Shown here piece after piece: positions 1 through 12,805 of a stretch of DNA of 64,000 bases. Numbering within the stretch: the first letter of the stretch is position 1; every line of letters starts with the position of its first letter. A program made the position numbers and the translations under genes. Origin of the DNA: Escherichia coli. GTDB taxonomy: Bacteria > Pseudomonadota > Gammaproteobacteria > Enterobacterales > Enterobacteriaceae. The notes beneath the pieces are model-generated. The model worked only from the letters and a program-made list of their open reading frames with translations, had not been told where the DNA came from and ran no database searches. Location: assembly GCF_045037415.1 (NCBI RefSeq), contig NZ_CP173438.1; one strand, 5' to 3'.

Positions 1-1
1 C

Positions 2-277
2 GCTGACTTTACCGATGAGAAGTACCGCGATATCGCGCGCGTTATGGGCGTGAAAGTGGAAGGTATGAGCCTGGAAGAGGCGCGTAATGCCGCCGTTGAA
101 GCGGTGTTTGCTCTCAACCGTGATGTCGGTATTCCGCCACATTTACGTGATGTTGGTGTACGCAAGGAAGACATTCCGGCACTGGCGCAGGCGGCACTGG
201 ATGATGTTTGTACCGGTGGCAACCCGCGTGAAGCAACGCTTGAGGATATTGTAGAGCTTTACCATACCGCCTGGTAA
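2..277 (+). CDS. fucO: L-1,2-propanediol oxidoreductase (lactaldehyde reductase), C-terminal fragment; 5' end lies outside the window
   Basis: Translation ends ...REATLEDIVELYHTAW, recognised as the FucO C-terminus; convergent with xni as in E. coli. Confidence 0.85.
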   Translation, partial: ADFTDEKYRDIARVMGVKVEGMSLEEARNAAVEAVFALNRDVGIPPHLRDVGVRKEDIPALAQAALDDVCTGGNPREATLEDIVELYHTAW

Positions 278-295
278 ATGTGCTGATGTGATAAT

Positions 296-328
296 GCCGG
301 ATGCGACGCTAGCCGCGTCTTATCCGGC
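296..328. repeat. REP (repetitive extragenic palindromic) element between convergent fucO and xni
   Basis: GCCGGATGCGACGCTAGCCGCGTCTTATCCGGC, imperfect palindrome of the classic GCCGGATG...CATCCGGC type. Confidence 0.6.
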
Positions 329-381
329 ATATAAGTGCATTAAATTCAATGTGTTGATAATCGTTTGCATCCGGCACGCCG

Positions 382-1248
<867 letters not shown>

Positions 1249-2616
1249 TTAATCGCAGGCAACGATCTTCATTGCCAGGCCGCCGCGAGAGGTTTCGCGG
1301 TACTTGGCGTTCATATCTTTACCTGTTTCGTACATGGTCTCGATAACTTTATCGAGGCAGACGCGCGGCTCGCTGGTACGGCGCAGCGCCATACGCGCGG
1401 CGTTCACCGCTTTTACTGCCGCAATGGCGTTACGCTCGATGCACGGTACCTGCACCTGTCCAGCAACCGGGTCACACGTCAGACCGAGGTTATGCTCCAT
1501 GGCGATTTCCGCCGCGATGCACACCTGCGCCGGGCTTGCGCCTAACAGTTCTGCCAGACCAGCTGCCGCCATAGAGCACGCCACGCCGACTTCACCCTGG
1601 CAGCCGACTTCGGCACCAGAAATCGAGGCGTTCATCTTATAAAGAGAACCAATGGCGCTGGCTACCAGCAGGTAACGCGCCAGTGAGTTAGCGTTCACTT
1701 CGCGGATAAACTTGTCGTAGTACGCCAGCACGGCCGGGATAATCCCGCACGCACCGTTAGTCGGCGCAGTCACCACGCGACCGCCAGCAGCGTTCTCTTC
1801 GTTCACTGCCAGTGCAAACATGTTGATCCAGTCAACTACCGCCATCGGGTCAGTGGTGGTTTTATCCTGGCTGACCAGCATCCGGCGTAGTGCCGCAGCA
1901 CGGCGTGGAACGCGCAGTTTGCCAGGTAACACGCCTTCGGTAGAAATACCGCGTTCAATACCGCCACGCATGACTTCCCAGACGTTCGCCAGGTGCTGTT
2001 CCAGCTCTTCTTTGCTGTGCAGCGCCAGCTCGTTTTTCATCATCAGGCCAGAGAGTGACAGCCCGGTTTCCTGACAATGTTTTTGTAGATCGGCAGCGGA
2101 ACTGTACGGATAAGGAACTTCAACCGGTGCGCTATCCTGCTGACCAAAATGCTCTTCATCAACGATAAAGCCACCGCCAATAGAGTAATAAGTCTGGCTG
2201 TAAACGACTTTATCGCCCGCCAGCGCGGTAATGCGCATACCGTTTTCATGCAGAGAAAGGTTGTCGGCATGGAAGTTCATGCACTGATCAACCGGGAACT
2301 CCACTTCATGCTGACCGTTTGCCAGCATCAGGCGACCATGAGTATTCACATCCTGAATAAAACCAGGGATGGAATCGATATCCACGGTATCCGGCAGGTT
2401 ACCCGCCAGACCCATAATTATGGCGATATCTGTGTGGTGGCCTTTACCGGTCAGAGAGAGCGAGCCGTACACGTCAACCACCACGCGGGTCACGTCTTTA
2501 AGCAGGTTACGGGCAATCAGATCGTCGGTAAATTGTTTACCCGCTTTCATTGGTCCAACGGTATGAGAACTGGAAGGGCCAATGCCGATTTTGAAAATAT
2601 CGAATACGCTAATCAT
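1249..2616 (-). CDS. sdaB: L-serine dehydratase 2
   Basis: 455 aa translation recognised as the Fe-S L-serine dehydratase SdaB; position downstream of sdaC. Confidence 0.95.
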   Translation of the reverse strand: MISVFDIFKIGIGPSSSHTVGPMKAGKQFTDDLIARNLLKDVTRVVVDVYGSLSLTGKGHHTDIAIIMGLAGNLPDTVDIDSIPGFIQDVNTHGRLMLANGQHEVEFPVDQCMNFHADNLSLHENGMRITALAGDKVVYSQTYYSIGGGFIVDEEHFGQQDSAPVEVPYPYSSAADLQKHCQETGLSLSGLMMKNELALHSKEELEQHLANVWEVMRGGIERGISTEGVLPGKLRVPRRAAALRRMLVSQDKTTTDPMAVVDWINMFALAVNEENAAGGRVVTAPTNGACGIIPAVLAYYDKFIREVNANSLARYLLVASAIGSLYKMNASISGAEVGCQGEVGVACSMAAAGLAELLGASPAQVCIAAEIAMEHNLGLTCDPVAGQVQVPCIERNAIAAVKAVNAARMALRRTSEPRVCLDKVIETMYETGKDMNAKYRETSRGGLAMKIVACD

Positions 2617-2673
2617 AGGAAATACATCGCGTTAAAACGGAGGAAGCGCCGCCCGAAAGCGGCGCGAAAGGAC

Positions 2674-3963
2674 TTAGCTGAACAGAGAGTAGAAGATTGC
2701 GGAGATTGCAATCAGACCCATCACGACAACGAATACGTTGCTGATGTGACCGCTGTACTTACGCATTGCCGGTACTTTCTGAATTGCGTACATCGGCATC
2801 AGGAACAGGATCATCGCGATGATTGGGCCGCCCAGGGTTTCAATCATACCCAGGATGCTCGGGTTCAGGGTGGCAACAATCCAGGTCGTTACCAGCATGA
2901 ACAGCGCAGTGATACGGTTCAGCTTGTTGATTTCGATAGACTTACCTTTACCACGCAGAGATTTAATCACCATACCGTTGAAGCCTTCACGTGCGCCCAG
3001 GTAGTGGCCGAGGAAGGATTTGGTGATAGCGATAATCGCGATAATCGGAGCCATCCACGCGATGATCGGCGCGTTAAAGTGGTTAGCCAGGTAAGACAGA
3101 ATCGAGATGTTCTGCTCTTTAGCCGCAGCCAGGTCTGCCGGAGTCAGGCTCAGTACGCAGCTGAAGACGAAGAACATTACGGTCAGCACCATCATGATGT
3201 GTGCGAATGCCAGGATCTTAGAGCATTTCTGTTCTGCCATATCGCCGTACTCTTCACGCTTCGCAACGGCGAAAGAAGAGATGATCGGAGAGTGGTTGAA
3301 CGAGAACACCATTACCGGAATTGCCAGCCACAGGGTCATCCACAGACCGTTTCCGGTTGCAGATGCAGTGTCCAGAGACAGCGTTTCCAGTGCTGCGCCG
3401 TTCCACTGCGGGATCAGGTACAGAGCCAGCAGCATCAGTACGCCAACAAACGGGAATACCAGAATACTCATCGCTTTAACGATCATCTGCTCACCGAAGC
3501 GAACGATGGTCATCATACCCACGATCAGGATCAGCGACAGAATCGCACGTGGCGGTGGCGTCATACCCAGTTGGTGAGACATGAAGCTTTCAACTGTATT
3601 GGTGATTGCCACGCTATAAACCAGCAGGATCGGGTAGATAGCGAAGAAGTAGAGCAGAGTAATCAGTTTACCTGCGCCAATACCAAAGTGTTCTTCTACA
3701 ACCTCGGTGATGTCTTCGCCCGGGTTTTTACCAGACAGTACGAAGCGAGTCAGGCCGCGGTGAGCAAAAAACGTCATCGGGAATGCAAGGATAGCCATGA
3801 TGATCAGCGGGATCATACCGCCAACACCGGCGTTGATTGGCAGGAACAGCACGCCCGCGCCGATTGCCGTGCCGTAAAGGCCCAGCATCCACATGGTGTC
3901 TGTCTTGCGCCAGGCACTACGAGAGTCTTTCGACGCAATCGTGCTGGTTTGAGTCGTTTCCAT
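2674..3963 (-). CDS. sdaC: Serine:H+ symporter
   Basis: 429 aa polytopic membrane protein recognised as SdaC; upstream of sdaB in the same orientation. Confidence 0.95.
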   Translation of the reverse strand: METTQTSTIASKDSRSAWRKTDTMWMLGLYGTAIGAGVLFLPINAGVGGMIPLIIMAILAFPMTFFAHRGLTRFVLSGKNPGEDITEVVEEHFGIGAGKLITLLYFFAIYPILLVYSVAITNTVESFMSHQLGMTPPPRAILSLILIVGMMTIVRFGEQMIVKAMSILVFPFVGVLMLLALYLIPQWNGAALETLSLDTASATGNGLWMTLWLAIPVMVFSFNHSPIISSFAVAKREEYGDMAEQKCSKILAFAHIMMVLTVMFFVFSCVLSLTPADLAAAKEQNISILSYLANHFNAPIIAWMAPIIAIIAITKSFLGHYLGAREGFNGMVIKSLRGKGKSIEINKLNRITALFMLVTTWIVATLNPSILGMIETLGGPIIAMILFLMPMYAIQKVPAMRKYSGHISNVFVVVMGLIAISAIFYSLFS

Positions 3964-4477
3964 CTATTTCTCCTGGAGGAATGCAAATAATTCAGCTTTT
4001 AGCCAGTTCAGCCCGGGAAGGTGCCTGACCGTAAAAATGAAATCTGTCTATCGGCGATGGCTTAATCATTTTCCACCGTAATAATTTGAGGGCGGAAAGA
4101 TACACACAAGTTATGTATCTATCAGTGATCTTGATCCCAAATACAATAATCTACTTGGAAGATAGATAATCACAACGCTTTACTCTGTAAATCAAAAGTA
4201 AAAGAGAATTTAAGGGCAATATTTGCCCATTAAACGACATCTGACTTCTTCTGGGGCGCGCAATATATGTAGGTTGAACTGGAAAAATCAATACTTTTAG
4301 TTAATCATGGCGATAATTTCTTTTTCATGGCGATAAAATGTGGTTTATGAAAATAGGGAAACGTTTGCGTTTCAACATAAATTGTATGACATATTAACTG
4401 TGGTGATATTTGTCGCGTGAGGTTGGTAAGAAACATTCATATAACAAATGAAATGAGTTGATGAGTAAGTGACCAAA

Positions 4478-4512
4478 AACGATAAAACCCGGCAACAAAC
4501 GTCACCGGGGGA
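4478..4512 (-). terminator. Intrinsic terminator downstream of ppnN (ygdH)
   Basis: Minus-strand hairpin CCCGGTGACGTTTGTTGCCGGG followed by TTTTATCGTTTTT. Confidence 0.5.
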
Positions 4513-4519
4513 GGGGAGA

Positions 4520-5884
4520 TTACGTGCAGATTTCGTAGCAAGGGATGTAGGCTGAGCCTGGCAACTTCATACGATGCTGGGCAACAAAACCCTGTAGCAG
4601 GTCGTCCATACGACGCATAATCTCTTTGTCGCCGTTGATTTTGTAAGGACCAAACTCTTCAATGGCGCGAATACCGACTTCTTTTACATTACCCGCCACA
4701 ATACCGGAGAACGCACGGCGCAGGTCGGCAGCCAGCACTTCAACGGGTTGATCCGGGTAAAGCTTCAGATTAGCCATATTCTCGTGAGACGGCTCAAACG
4801 GCATTTGCAAATCTGGCGCAATGCGCATTGACCAGTTAAAGCTGTAAGCGTCACCAGTGTCGCGGCGATTTTCTTTCACCAGCGGCATCGATTTTTTCAT
4901 CTGACGAGCGACTTCAGCGGCGTCATCAATGATGATGCGGTAATGGCGGCGCGCGTTTTCACCCAGCGTATGCACGACAAACTCGTCCAGTACGCGGAAG
5001 TAGTCGGCGCTCTCTTTCGGGCCGGTGAGGATCAATGGTAAAACCTGATCTTTGTTGGCCGGGTTCATTAAAATTCCCAGCAAATACAGCAACTCTTCTG
5101 CTGTACCCACACCGCCAGGGAAGATAATGATACCGTGAGCGATACGGACAAACGCTTCCAGACGTTTTTCGATATCTGGCATGATGATCAATTCGTTGAC
5201 CAGCGGGTTAGGCGGTTCAGCGGCGATAATCGACGGCTCTGTCATACCAATAAAGCGACTGTCTTTGTAACGCTGCTGCGCGTGTCCGACCGCAGCACCT
5301 TTCATCGGCGCTTCCATCGCTCCCGGACCACAGCCGGTGCAGATATTCAGTTCACGCAGGCCCAACTGATTCCCGACGCGACGGGCATACAAATACTCGT
5401 TTTCGTTAATTGAGTGACCGCCCCAGCAGACCACCATATTTGGCGCTTCACCGACATGCAGCGCGCGAGCGTTACGCAAGATGGAAAAGACCAGGTTAGT
5501 GATGTGGACGGAGTTGTCGAGATTCAGGTTGGGAAAACGAACGGTGTTATGAATTTGCCCATAAACGAAGAGAATGTCACGCAGAACCGCGAACAAGTTG
5601 GCCTGCAAAGCGCGAATAATTCGCCCATCGACAAAAGCCTCTTCCGGGGGATTTATCAGTTCCAGCTTTACGCCGCGTTCACGTCGCAGGACGTTAATAT
5701 CGAAATTTTCAAAACGAGACAGCAATTCTTTGCTGTTATCGGTCAAACTACCGGAGTTCAGTACGGCAAGTGAACAGTTGCGAAACAGTTGATAGAGGTC
5801 GCTGCTGGCGGTGCGTTTAAGCATATCCACTTCCAGCTGCGACAACATATCCATGGAGCCAAGCGGGCTAATATGTGTAATCAA
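4520..5884 (-). CDS. ppnN: Nucleotide 5'-monophosphate nucleosidase (LOG-family, formerly YgdH)
   Basis: 454 aa translation recognised as YgdH/PpnN; conserved position between sdaC and queF. Confidence 0.9.
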
Positions 5885-5995
5885 GAAAAACTCCTTATGG
5901 GACGAATATCGTCATTCCCTTTGATTACAATAGCCCTGCCTGATGACCTTTCACAACCTTCTGCGTGAATCCAGCACGCAAAATTGAGAAAAAAT

Positions 5996-6844
5996 TTATT
6001 GCCGAACCAGTCTTGTGGTCGATGGGACAAAATCGCTATTACTGCGCCACGGGTTAATGTCCAGACCGCCACGACGGGTATAACGTGCGTAAACGCTCAA
6101 TTTCTCTGGCTGGCAGAAGCGTAACAGGTCATTAAAGATGCGTTCCACGCACTGTTCGTGGAACTCGTTGTGATGACGGAAAGAGACCAGGTAACGCAGC
6201 AGTTTTTCTCTGTCAATTTGGCGTCCACGATACTGAATTTGGATGGAACCCCAATCTGGTTGATGGGTGATCAGGCAGTTTGATTTCAGCAGGTGGCTGA
6301 CAAGCGTCTCTTCCACTACTTTTTCACCGCTGGTGGCATTCTCCAGATAGTCAGTAGTGAATTCATAGTTATCGATAGTGATATCCTGGTCATCAATGCA
6401 GGTGCCATTGAAATGACCTATCGGCTGGCCTTCCAGTTCATCAAGACGATATAACGCCACGCTAACCTTACCCTGGGCGCAAGTGCTTAAGTCGCGCTCT
6501 AGCGTCTGGCGCACCTCATCCCAGTTATTAAAACGCGTCTGGTTAAAACTGTTGAGATAGAGCTTAAAACTCTTCGACTCAATCAGATTTACGCTGGTGT
6601 AATCAAGTTCAACATGACCGACAGCGAGTTGCGGCAAACCTTTCGCATTCAGCCAGGAAAGTTCATACAGCGTCCAGATATCCGTACCGTGAAAAGGCAG
6701 GTTATCCGCTTTCAGACCCAGCGGGTCGCGATTCAGGCTGCGTGGAACGCCTTGCAGTAGGCTGGCGTCATAGGTATCCCGGTAATCGGTTGATTTTCCA
6801 AGTGTCAGGCCCGCAAGTGCCTGATGGTTTGCATAAGAAGACAT
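5996..6844 (-). CDS. queF: NADPH-dependent 7-cyano-7-deazaguanine (preQ0) reductase
   Basis: 282 aa translation recognised as QueF. Confidence 0.93.
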   Translation of the reverse strand: MSSYANHQALAGLTLGKSTDYRDTYDASLLQGVPRSLNRDPLGLKADNLPFHGTDIWTLYELSWLNAKGLPQLAVGHVELDYTSVNLIESKSFKLYLNSFNQTRFNNWDEVRQTLERDLSTCAQGKVSVALYRLDELEGQPIGHFNGTCIDDQDITIDNYEFTTDYLENATSGEKVVEETLVSHLLKSNCLITHQPDWGSIQIQYRGRQIDREKLLRYLVSFRHHNEFHEQCVERIFNDLLRFCQPEKLSVYARYTRRGGLDINPWRSNSDFVPSTTRLVRQ

Positions 6845-6911
6845 GTTTCACCGTCATAAACCAGATAAACTAAACGACAAGTGTATCTGGTTTAAGTGAA
6901 GAGAGAAATTA

Positions 6912-7457
6912 GTGGACGATTTGACCGCACGAGCCCTGAAAGATTTTACTGCACGCTACTGCGATGCGTGGCATGAAGAGCATAAAAGCTGGCCGTTAAG
7001 TGAGGAACTGTACGGCGTTCCTTCACCGTGCATTATTTCAACTACCGAAGATGCCGTATACTGGCAACCCCAGCCGTTTACCGGGGAACAAAATGTAAAC
7101 GCGGTTGAACGCGCTTTTGATATTGTGATACAACCCACGATTCATACCTTTTATACGACTCAGTTTGCCGGGGATATGCACGCGCAGTTTGGCGATATCA
7201 AACTGACATTGCTGCAAACCTGGAGTGAAGACGACTTCCGTCGGGTGCAGGAAAATCTGATTGGTCATCTGGTGACTCAGAAAAGGCTAAAACTGCCGCC
7301 CACGCTATTTATCGCGACGCTGGAAGAAGAGTTAGAGGTCATCTCGGTGTGTAATCTCTCCGGTGAAGTGTGCAAAGAGACGCTGGGAACACGTAAACGG
7401 ACGCATTTAGCCTCAAATCTTGCGGAATTCCTTAATCAACTTAAGCCTCTTCTGTAA
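6912..7457 (+). CDS. syd: SecY-interacting protein Syd
   Basis: 181 aa translation recognised as Syd; divergent from queF. Confidence 0.9.
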   Translation: MDDLTARALKDFTARYCDAWHEEHKSWPLSEELYGVPSPCIISTTEDAVYWQPQPFTGEQNVNAVERAFDIVIQPTIHTFYTTQFAGDMHAQFGDIKLTLLQTWSEDDFRRVQENLIGHLVTQKRLKLPPTLFIATLEEELEVISVCNLSGEVCKETLGTRKRTHLASNLAEFLNQLKPLL

Positions 7458-7476
7458 TCCAAATACCCCATCTGAT

Positions 7477-7494
7477 TGTGAGAGATCTCTTACA
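7477..7494. promoter_or_regulatory. UvrY (SirA)-type 18 bp palindrome upstream of csrB
   Basis: Perfect palindrome TGTGAGAGATCTCTTACA about 165 bp upstream of the csrB 5' end; this is the known UvrY box of csrB and csrC. Confidence 0.7.
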
Positions 7495-7657
7495 GACTCT
7501 GTAGGAGATCGCCAGGAAATAAGCGAATACTTAAAAAGATAAGAATCGTTATTCTCATTTAAAAACAACATGTTGCTTGTTAATTCTTAACTTTCATATG
7601 AAATTTTCCTTAAGGCATTGTCTGTAAGCGCCTTGTAAGACTTCGAGAAAAAGACGA

Positions 7658-8033
7658 TTCTATCTTCGTCGACAGGGAGTCAGACAACGAAGTGAACATC
7701 AGGATGATGACACTTCTGAAGGACACACCAGGATGGTGTTTCAGGGAAAGGCTTCTGGATGAAGCGAAGAGGATGACGCAGGACGCGTTAAAGGACACCT
7801 CCAGGATGGAGAATGAGAACCGGTCAGGATGATTCGGTGGGTCAGGAAGGCCAGGGACACTTCAGGATGAAGTATCACATCGGGGTGGTGTGAGCAGGAA
7901 GCAATAGTTCAGGATGAACGATTGGCCGCAAGGCCAGAGGAAAAGTTGTCAAGGATGAGCAGGGAGCAACAAAAGTAGCTGGAATGCTGCGAAACGAACC
8001 GGGAGCACTGTGAATACAGTGCTCCCTTTTTTT
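7658..8033 (+). ncRNA. csrB: CsrB small RNA (CsrA-sequestering)
   Basis: Begins GTCGACAGGGAGTCAGACAACG; many repeated CAGGATG / AGGATG (GGA) CsrA-binding motifs; ends in a strong hairpin GGGAGCACTGTGAATACAGTGCTCCC plus T7; syntenic between syd and yqcC. Confidence 0.88.
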
Positions 8034-8036
8034 ATT
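8001..8036 (+). terminator. csrB intrinsic terminator
   Basis: GGGAGCACTG-TGAATA-CAGTGCTCCC followed by TTTTTTT. Confidence 0.85.
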
Positions 8037-8078
8037 CCTGCTATCCTTCGCGGCAGTTTTTCTTATTGAGGTTGCTTT

Positions 8079-8408
8079 ATGACCACTCATGACCGCGTTC
8101 GTCTCCAGTTGCAGGCGCTTGAAGCGTTACTGCGTGAACATCAGCACTGGCGAAACGATGAACCCCAGCCGCATCAATTTAATAGTACCCAACCGTTCTT
8201 TATGGACACCATGGAACCACTGGAGTGGTTGCAGTGGGTGCTGATCCCGCGAATGCACGATTTGTTAGATAACAACCAGCCGTTACCGGGCGCTTTTGCT
8301 GTTGCGCCCTATTATGAAATGGCGCTGGCGACTGATCATCCGCAACGCGCGCTTATTCTGGCTGAGCTGGAGAAACTGGATGCTCTTTTTGCGGATGATG
8401 CGAGCTAA
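8079..8408 (+). CDS. yqcC: DUF446-family protein YqcC
   Basis: 109 aa translation recognised as YqcC; stop overlaps the truC start. Confidence 0.85.
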   Translation: MTTHDRVRLQLQALEALLREHQHWRNDEPQPHQFNSTQPFFMDTMEPLEWLQWVLIPRMHDLLDNNQPLPGAFAVAPYYEMALATDHPQRALILAELEKLDALFADDAS

Positions 8409-9190
8409 TGCTGGAAATACTCTATCAGGATGAATGGCTGGTTGCGGTAAATAAACCCTCCGGCTGGCTGGTTCACCGCAGCTGGCTGGATCGCGACGAG
8501 AAAGTAGTGGTCATGCAAACCGTGCGTGACCAGATAGGCCAGCATGTTTTTACTGCTCATCGTCTGGACCGACCAACTTCTGGTGTGTTGTTGATGGGAT
8601 TATCCAGCGAAGCCGGACGGCTGCTGGCACAACAGTTTGAACAGCACCAAATCCAGAAACGTTACCATGCGATTGTGCGTGGCTGGTTGATGGAAGAAGC
8701 GGTGCTGGATTATCCACTGGTGGAAGAACTGGACAAAATCGCTGATAAATTTGCCCGCGAAGATAAAGGCCCGCAGCCAGCAGTGACGCATTATCGCGGT
8801 CTGGCGACCGTAGAAATGCCGGTAGCGACTGGACGTTACCCGACCACGCGCTACGGCCTGGTGGAACTGGAGCCGAAAACTGGACGCAAGCACCAGCTTC
8901 GTCGCCATCTTGCCCATTTGCGGCACCCGATTATTGGCGACAGCAAACATGGTGATTTACGCCAGAATCGCAGCGGTGCTGAGCATTTTGGCCTTCAGCG
9001 GTTAATGCTGCATGCCAGTCAGTTGTCATTGACGCATCCTTTTACTGGCGAGCCGCTGGCTATTCACGCGGGCCTGGACGACACCTGGATGCAGGCGTTA
9101 TCACAATTTGGCTGGCGGGGTCTGCTTCCTGAAAATGAAAGGGTTGAGTTCAGTGCGCCATCGGGTCAGGATGGAGAGATAAGTTCCTAA
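8408..9190 (+). CDS. truC: tRNA pseudouridine(65) synthase
   Basis: 260 aa translation recognised as TruC (RluA-family motif [12 protein letters not shown]). Confidence 0.9.
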   Translation: MLEILYQDEWLVAVNKPSGWLVHRSWLDRDEKVVVMQTVRDQIGQHVFTAHRLDRPTSGVLLMGLSSEAGRLLAQQFEQHQIQKRYHAIVRGWLMEEAVLDYPLVEELDKIADKFAREDKGPQPAVTHYRGLATVEMPVATGRYPTTRYGLVELEPKTGRKHQLRRHLAHLRHPIIGDSKHGDLRQNRSGAEHFGLQRLMLHASQLSLTHPFTGEPLAIHAGLDDTWMQALSQFGWRGLLPENERVEFSAPSGQDGEISS

Positions 9191-9207
9191 TCCAGGGAGA
9201 AAACGGT

Positions 9208-9657
9208 ATGGCGGAAATTGGTATTTTTGTCGGCACTATGTACGGAAATTCGCTGTTAGTGGCCGAAGAAGCGGAAGCGATTCTGACCGCGCAGGGCCAC
9301 AAAGCAACGGTATTTGAAGATCCTGAATTAAGCGACTGGCTGCCCTATCAGGATAAGTATGTTCTGGTGGTTACGTCCACGACCGGGCAGGGCGACCTTC
9401 CTGATAGCATTGTGCCGCTCTTTCAGGGAATTAAAGATACCCTGGGCTTCCAGCCGAATCTGCGTTATGGCGTGATTGCGCTCGGCGACAGTAGTTATGT
9501 GAATTTCTGCAATGGCGGCAAACAGTTCGATGCCTTGTTGCAGGAACAGAGCGCTCAGCGGGTTGGCGAAATGCTGTTGATTGACGCCAGTGAGAACCCG
9601 GAACCGGAAACGGAATCAAATCCGTGGGTTGAACATTGGGGCACGATGTTGTCCTGA
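9208..9657 (+). CDS. yqcA: Flavodoxin YqcA
   Basis: 149 aa flavodoxin-like translation; synteny. Confidence 0.88.
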   Translation: MAEIGIFVGTMYGNSLLVAEEAEAILTAQGHKATVFEDPELSDWLPYQDKYVLVVTSTTGQGDLPDSIVPLFQGIKDTLGFQPNLRYGVIALGDSSYVNFCNGGKQFDALLQEQSAQRVGEMLLIDASENPEPETESNPWVEHWGTMLS

Positions 9658-10090
9658 TATGTTCAGCGAGCGGTAAATGCCGTTTTAGCGGTGCTGAATC
9701 GAATCTTTTCAGGCAAATGCCAGTAAAAACTGCTTCATAGCGCGGATTTTTACTGGCGTTTGCCTGGAGTCAAGCGATCCATTTCATACTCTTCTTTATT
9801 TCTTCGTTTTAACCCTTCCTTTCTTGTTCTTGTTTTCATTTCCGTGAAGTGGATTCCACCGTCCAGGGCTAATGCCAAAATCGGGCCTCATTGAACGCAT
9901 TAATGTTGTGTTGTTGCACGGTGAGCCGCTATGGCGCGCTTTTTATACTGCTATTGCCAGATATAAACACGCGCCGTATTCGGCGAACGACCTATAAAAA
10001 CGGCAAAAACACCCTACGTCACCTCTGATTTCCTGGCGATGTCGCAGTCCAGAGTGAGCGTGGCTAACGCGAATTTTCAGGAGTGCAACA

Positions 10091-11443
10091 ATGAGTTCTT
10101 TAAGTCAGGCTGCGAGCAGTGTGGAAAAACGCACGAATGCTCGTTACTGGATAGTGGTGATGTTGTTTATCGTCACATCCTTCAACTACGGCGACCGCGC
10201 TACGCTTTCTATTGCCGGTTCGGAAATGGCCAAAGATATCGGCCTTGATCCCGTGGGAATGGGCTATGTGTTCTCTGCCTTCTCATGGGCTTATGTTATC
10301 GGGCAGATCCCTGGTGGCTGGTTGCTGGATCGTTTTGGTTCAAAACGCGTCTACTTCTGGTCGATCTTTATCTGGTCGATGTTTACCTTGCTGCAAGGCT
10401 TCGTCGATATCTTTAGTGGATTCGGCATTATCGTGGCCCTGTTTACACTGCGCTTCCTGGTCGGGCTTGCTGAAGCGCCATCTTTCCCTGGCAACAGCCG
10501 CATTGTTGCGGCCTGGTTTCCGGCGCAGGAAAGGGGAACGGCGGTGTCGATTTTTAACTCCGCCCAATACTTCGCAACGGTTATCTTCGCGCCGATTATG
10601 GGCTGGCTGACTCATGAAGTGGGCTGGTCACACGTCTTCTTCTTTATGGGCGGTCTGGGCATTGTCATCAGCTTTATCTGGTTGAAAGTCATCCACGAGC
10701 CAAATCAACATCCGGGCGTAAATCAGAAAGAGCTGGAGTACATCGCCGCGGGTGGCGCGCTGATCAATATGGATCAGCAAAACACCAAAGTTAAAGTGCC
10801 GTTCAGCGTGAAGTGGGGGCAGATCAAACAGCTGCTCGGGTCACGGATGATGATCGGCGTTTATATCGGTCAGTACTGTATCAACGCCCTGACTTACTTT
10901 TTCATTACCTGGTTCCCGGTTTATCTGGTGCAGGCGCGCGGGATGTCGATTCTGAAAGCGGGCTTTGTGGCTTCCGTTCCGGCGGTTTGCGGTTTTATCG
11001 GCGGTGTGTTGGGGGGGATTATTTCCGACTGGCTGATGCGTCGCACGGGTTCACTGAACATTGCGCGTAAAACACCGATCGTGATGGGCATGTTGTTGTC
11101 GATGGTGATGGTGTTCTGCAACTACGTCAACGTTGAGTGGATGATCATCGGCTTTATGGCGCTGGCCTTCTTCGGTAAGGGGATCGGTGCGCTGGGTTGG
11201 GCTGTAATGGCTGATACTGCGCCAAAAGAGATCAGCGGTCTTTCCGGTGGCCTGTTCAACATGTTTGGTAACATTTCTGGCATCGTCACGCCAATCGCAA
11301 TTGGTTATATCGTTGGCACGACTGGCTCCTTTAATGGGGCGCTGATTTATGTTGGTGTTCATGCCTTAATCGCGGTACTCAGCTACCTGGTGCTGGTGGG
11401 CGATATCAAGCGTATTGAGCTGAAACCTGTCGCGGGGCAATAA
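10091..11443 (+). CDS. gudP: Glucarate/galactarate MFS transporter
   Basis: 450 aa MFS transporter translation recognised as GudP; first gene of gudPXD. Confidence 0.9.
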   Translation: MSSLSQAASSVEKRTNARYWIVVMLFIVTSFNYGDRATLSIAGSEMAKDIGLDPVGMGYVFSAFSWAYVIGQIPGGWLLDRFGSKRVYFWSIFIWSMFTLLQGFVDIFSGFGIIVALFTLRFLVGLAEAPSFPGNSRIVAAWFPAQERGTAVSIFNSAQYFATVIFAPIMGWLTHEVGWSHVFFFMGGLGIVISFIWLKVIHEPNQHPGVNQKELEYIAAGGALINMDQQNTKVKVPFSVKWGQIKQLLGSRMMIGVYIGQYCINALTYFFITWFPVYLVQARGMSILKAGFVASVPAVCGFIGGVLGGIISDWLMRRTGSLNIARKTPIVMGMLLSMVMVFCNYVNVEWMIIGFMALAFFGKGIGALGWAVMADTAPKEISGLSGGLFNMFGNISGIVTPIAIGYIVGTTGSFNGALIYVGVHALIAVLSYLVLVGDIKRIELKPVAGQ

Positions 11444-11444
11444 G

Positions 11445-12785
11445 ATGACGACACAATCCAGTCCTGTTATTACTGATATGAAAGTCATTCCGGTCGCCGG
11501 ACATGACAGCATGTTGCTTAATATTGGTGGTGCACATAACGCATATTTCACCCGCAATATTGTGGTACTCACCGATAATGCCGGGCATACCGGCATTGGT
11601 GAAGCGCCGGGCGGAGAGGTGATTTATCAAACACTGGTCGGGGCTATTCCGATGGTGCTGGGCCAGGAAGTTGCGCGCCTGAATAAAGTGGTTCAGCAGG
11701 TGCATAAAGGTAATCAGGCAGCCGATTTTGATACCTTCGGCAAAGGTGCCTGGACTTTTGAATTGCGCGTTAATGCCGTAGCGGCGCTGGAAGCCGCCTT
11801 GCTTGACCTGTTAGGTCAGGCGCTGAATGTTCCGGTCTGCGAACTGTTAGGGCCAGGCAAGCAACGTGATGCTATTACCGTTCTCGGTTATCTGTTTTAT
11901 ATCGGTGATCGGACCAAAACCGATCTTCCTTATCTGGAAAATACGCCGGGCAACCATGAGTGGTATCAGTTGCGGCATCAGAAAGCGATGAACAGCGAAG
12001 CCGTTGTGCGTCTGGCGGAAGCCTCACAGGATCGCTATGGCTTTAAAGATTTCAAACTTAAGGGTGGCGTGTTACCTGGCGAGCAAGAAATCGACACTGT
12101 TCGTGCATTGAAGAAACGCTTCCCGGATGCGCGGATTACCGTTGATCCCAATGGTGCCTGGCTGCTTGATGAAGCCATTTCTCTGTGCAAAGGGCTGAAT
12201 GATGTTCTTACCTATGCGGAAGACCCGTGCGGCGCTGAGCAGGGTTTCTCCGGTCGTGAAGTGATGGCGGAGTTTCGACGGGCGACCGGCTTGCCCGTCG
12301 CGACCAACATGATTGCCACCAACTGGCGCGAAATGGGTCATGCGGTGATGCTCAATGCGGTAGATATTCCACTTGCCGATCCGCACTTCTGGACGCTTTC
12401 CGGTGCAGTCCGCGTGGCGCAACTTTGCGACGACTGGGGGCTGACCTGGGGCTGCCATTCTAATAACCACTTTGATATCTCTCTGGCGATGTTTACCCAT
12501 GTGGGCGCGGCGGCACCGGGTAATCCTACCGCTATCGATACCCACTGGATTTGGCAGGAGGGCGATTGTCGTCTGACCAAAAATCCGCTGGAGATTAAAA
12601 ACGGAAAAATTGCCGTTCCTGATGCGCCCGGTCTGGGCGTGGAACTGGACTGGGAACAGGTACAAAAGGCACATGAGGCCTATAAACGTCTGCCTGGCGG
12701 TGCGCGTAACGACGCAGGCCCGATGCAGTACCTGATCCCCGGCTGGACCTTTGACCGTAAACGCCCCGTTTTCGGCCGTCATTGA
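11445..12785 (+). CDS. gudX: Glucarate dehydratase-related protein
   Basis: 446 aa enolase-superfamily translation, paralogous to the next gene. Confidence 0.9.
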   Translation: MTTQSSPVITDMKVIPVAGHDSMLLNIGGAHNAYFTRNIVVLTDNAGHTGIGEAPGGEVIYQTLVGAIPMVLGQEVARLNKVVQQVHKGNQAADFDTFGKGAWTFELRVNAVAALEAALLDLLGQALNVPVCELLGPGKQRDAITVLGYLFYIGDRTKTDLPYLENTPGNHEWYQLRHQKAMNSEAVVRLAEASQDRYGFKDFKLKGGVLPGEQEIDTVRALKKRFPDARITVDPNGAWLLDEAISLCKGLNDVLTYAEDPCGAEQGFSGREVMAEFRRATGLPVATNMIATNWREMGHAVMLNAVDIPLADPHFWTLSGAVRVAQLCDDWGLTWGCHSNNHFDISLAMFTHVGAAAPGNPTAIDTHWIWQEGDCRLTKNPLEIKNGKIAVPDAPGLGVELDWEQVQKAHEAYKRLPGGARNDAGPMQYLIPGWTFDRKRPVFGRH

Positions 12786-12805
12786 TTCTGAAAAAGGACA
12801 TAAAT

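Noticed and set aside
2149-3990. 613-codon open reading frame on the plus strand spanning sdaB and sdaC
   Set aside because: It is entirely antisense to two well-supported genes, its translation is low-complexity (H/R/Q/D-rich) with no recognisable domain, and it has no ribosome-binding site. Long antisense ORFs arise by chance opposite codon-biased genes.
5885-5995. Possible preQ1 riboswitch near queF
   Set aside because: The upstream side of queF is the 67 bp queF-syd divergent spacer (6845-6911), and the 5885-5995 interval lies downstream of queF. Neither shows a preQ1-type hairpin with an A-rich tail, and enterobacterial queF is not known to carry this riboswitch.
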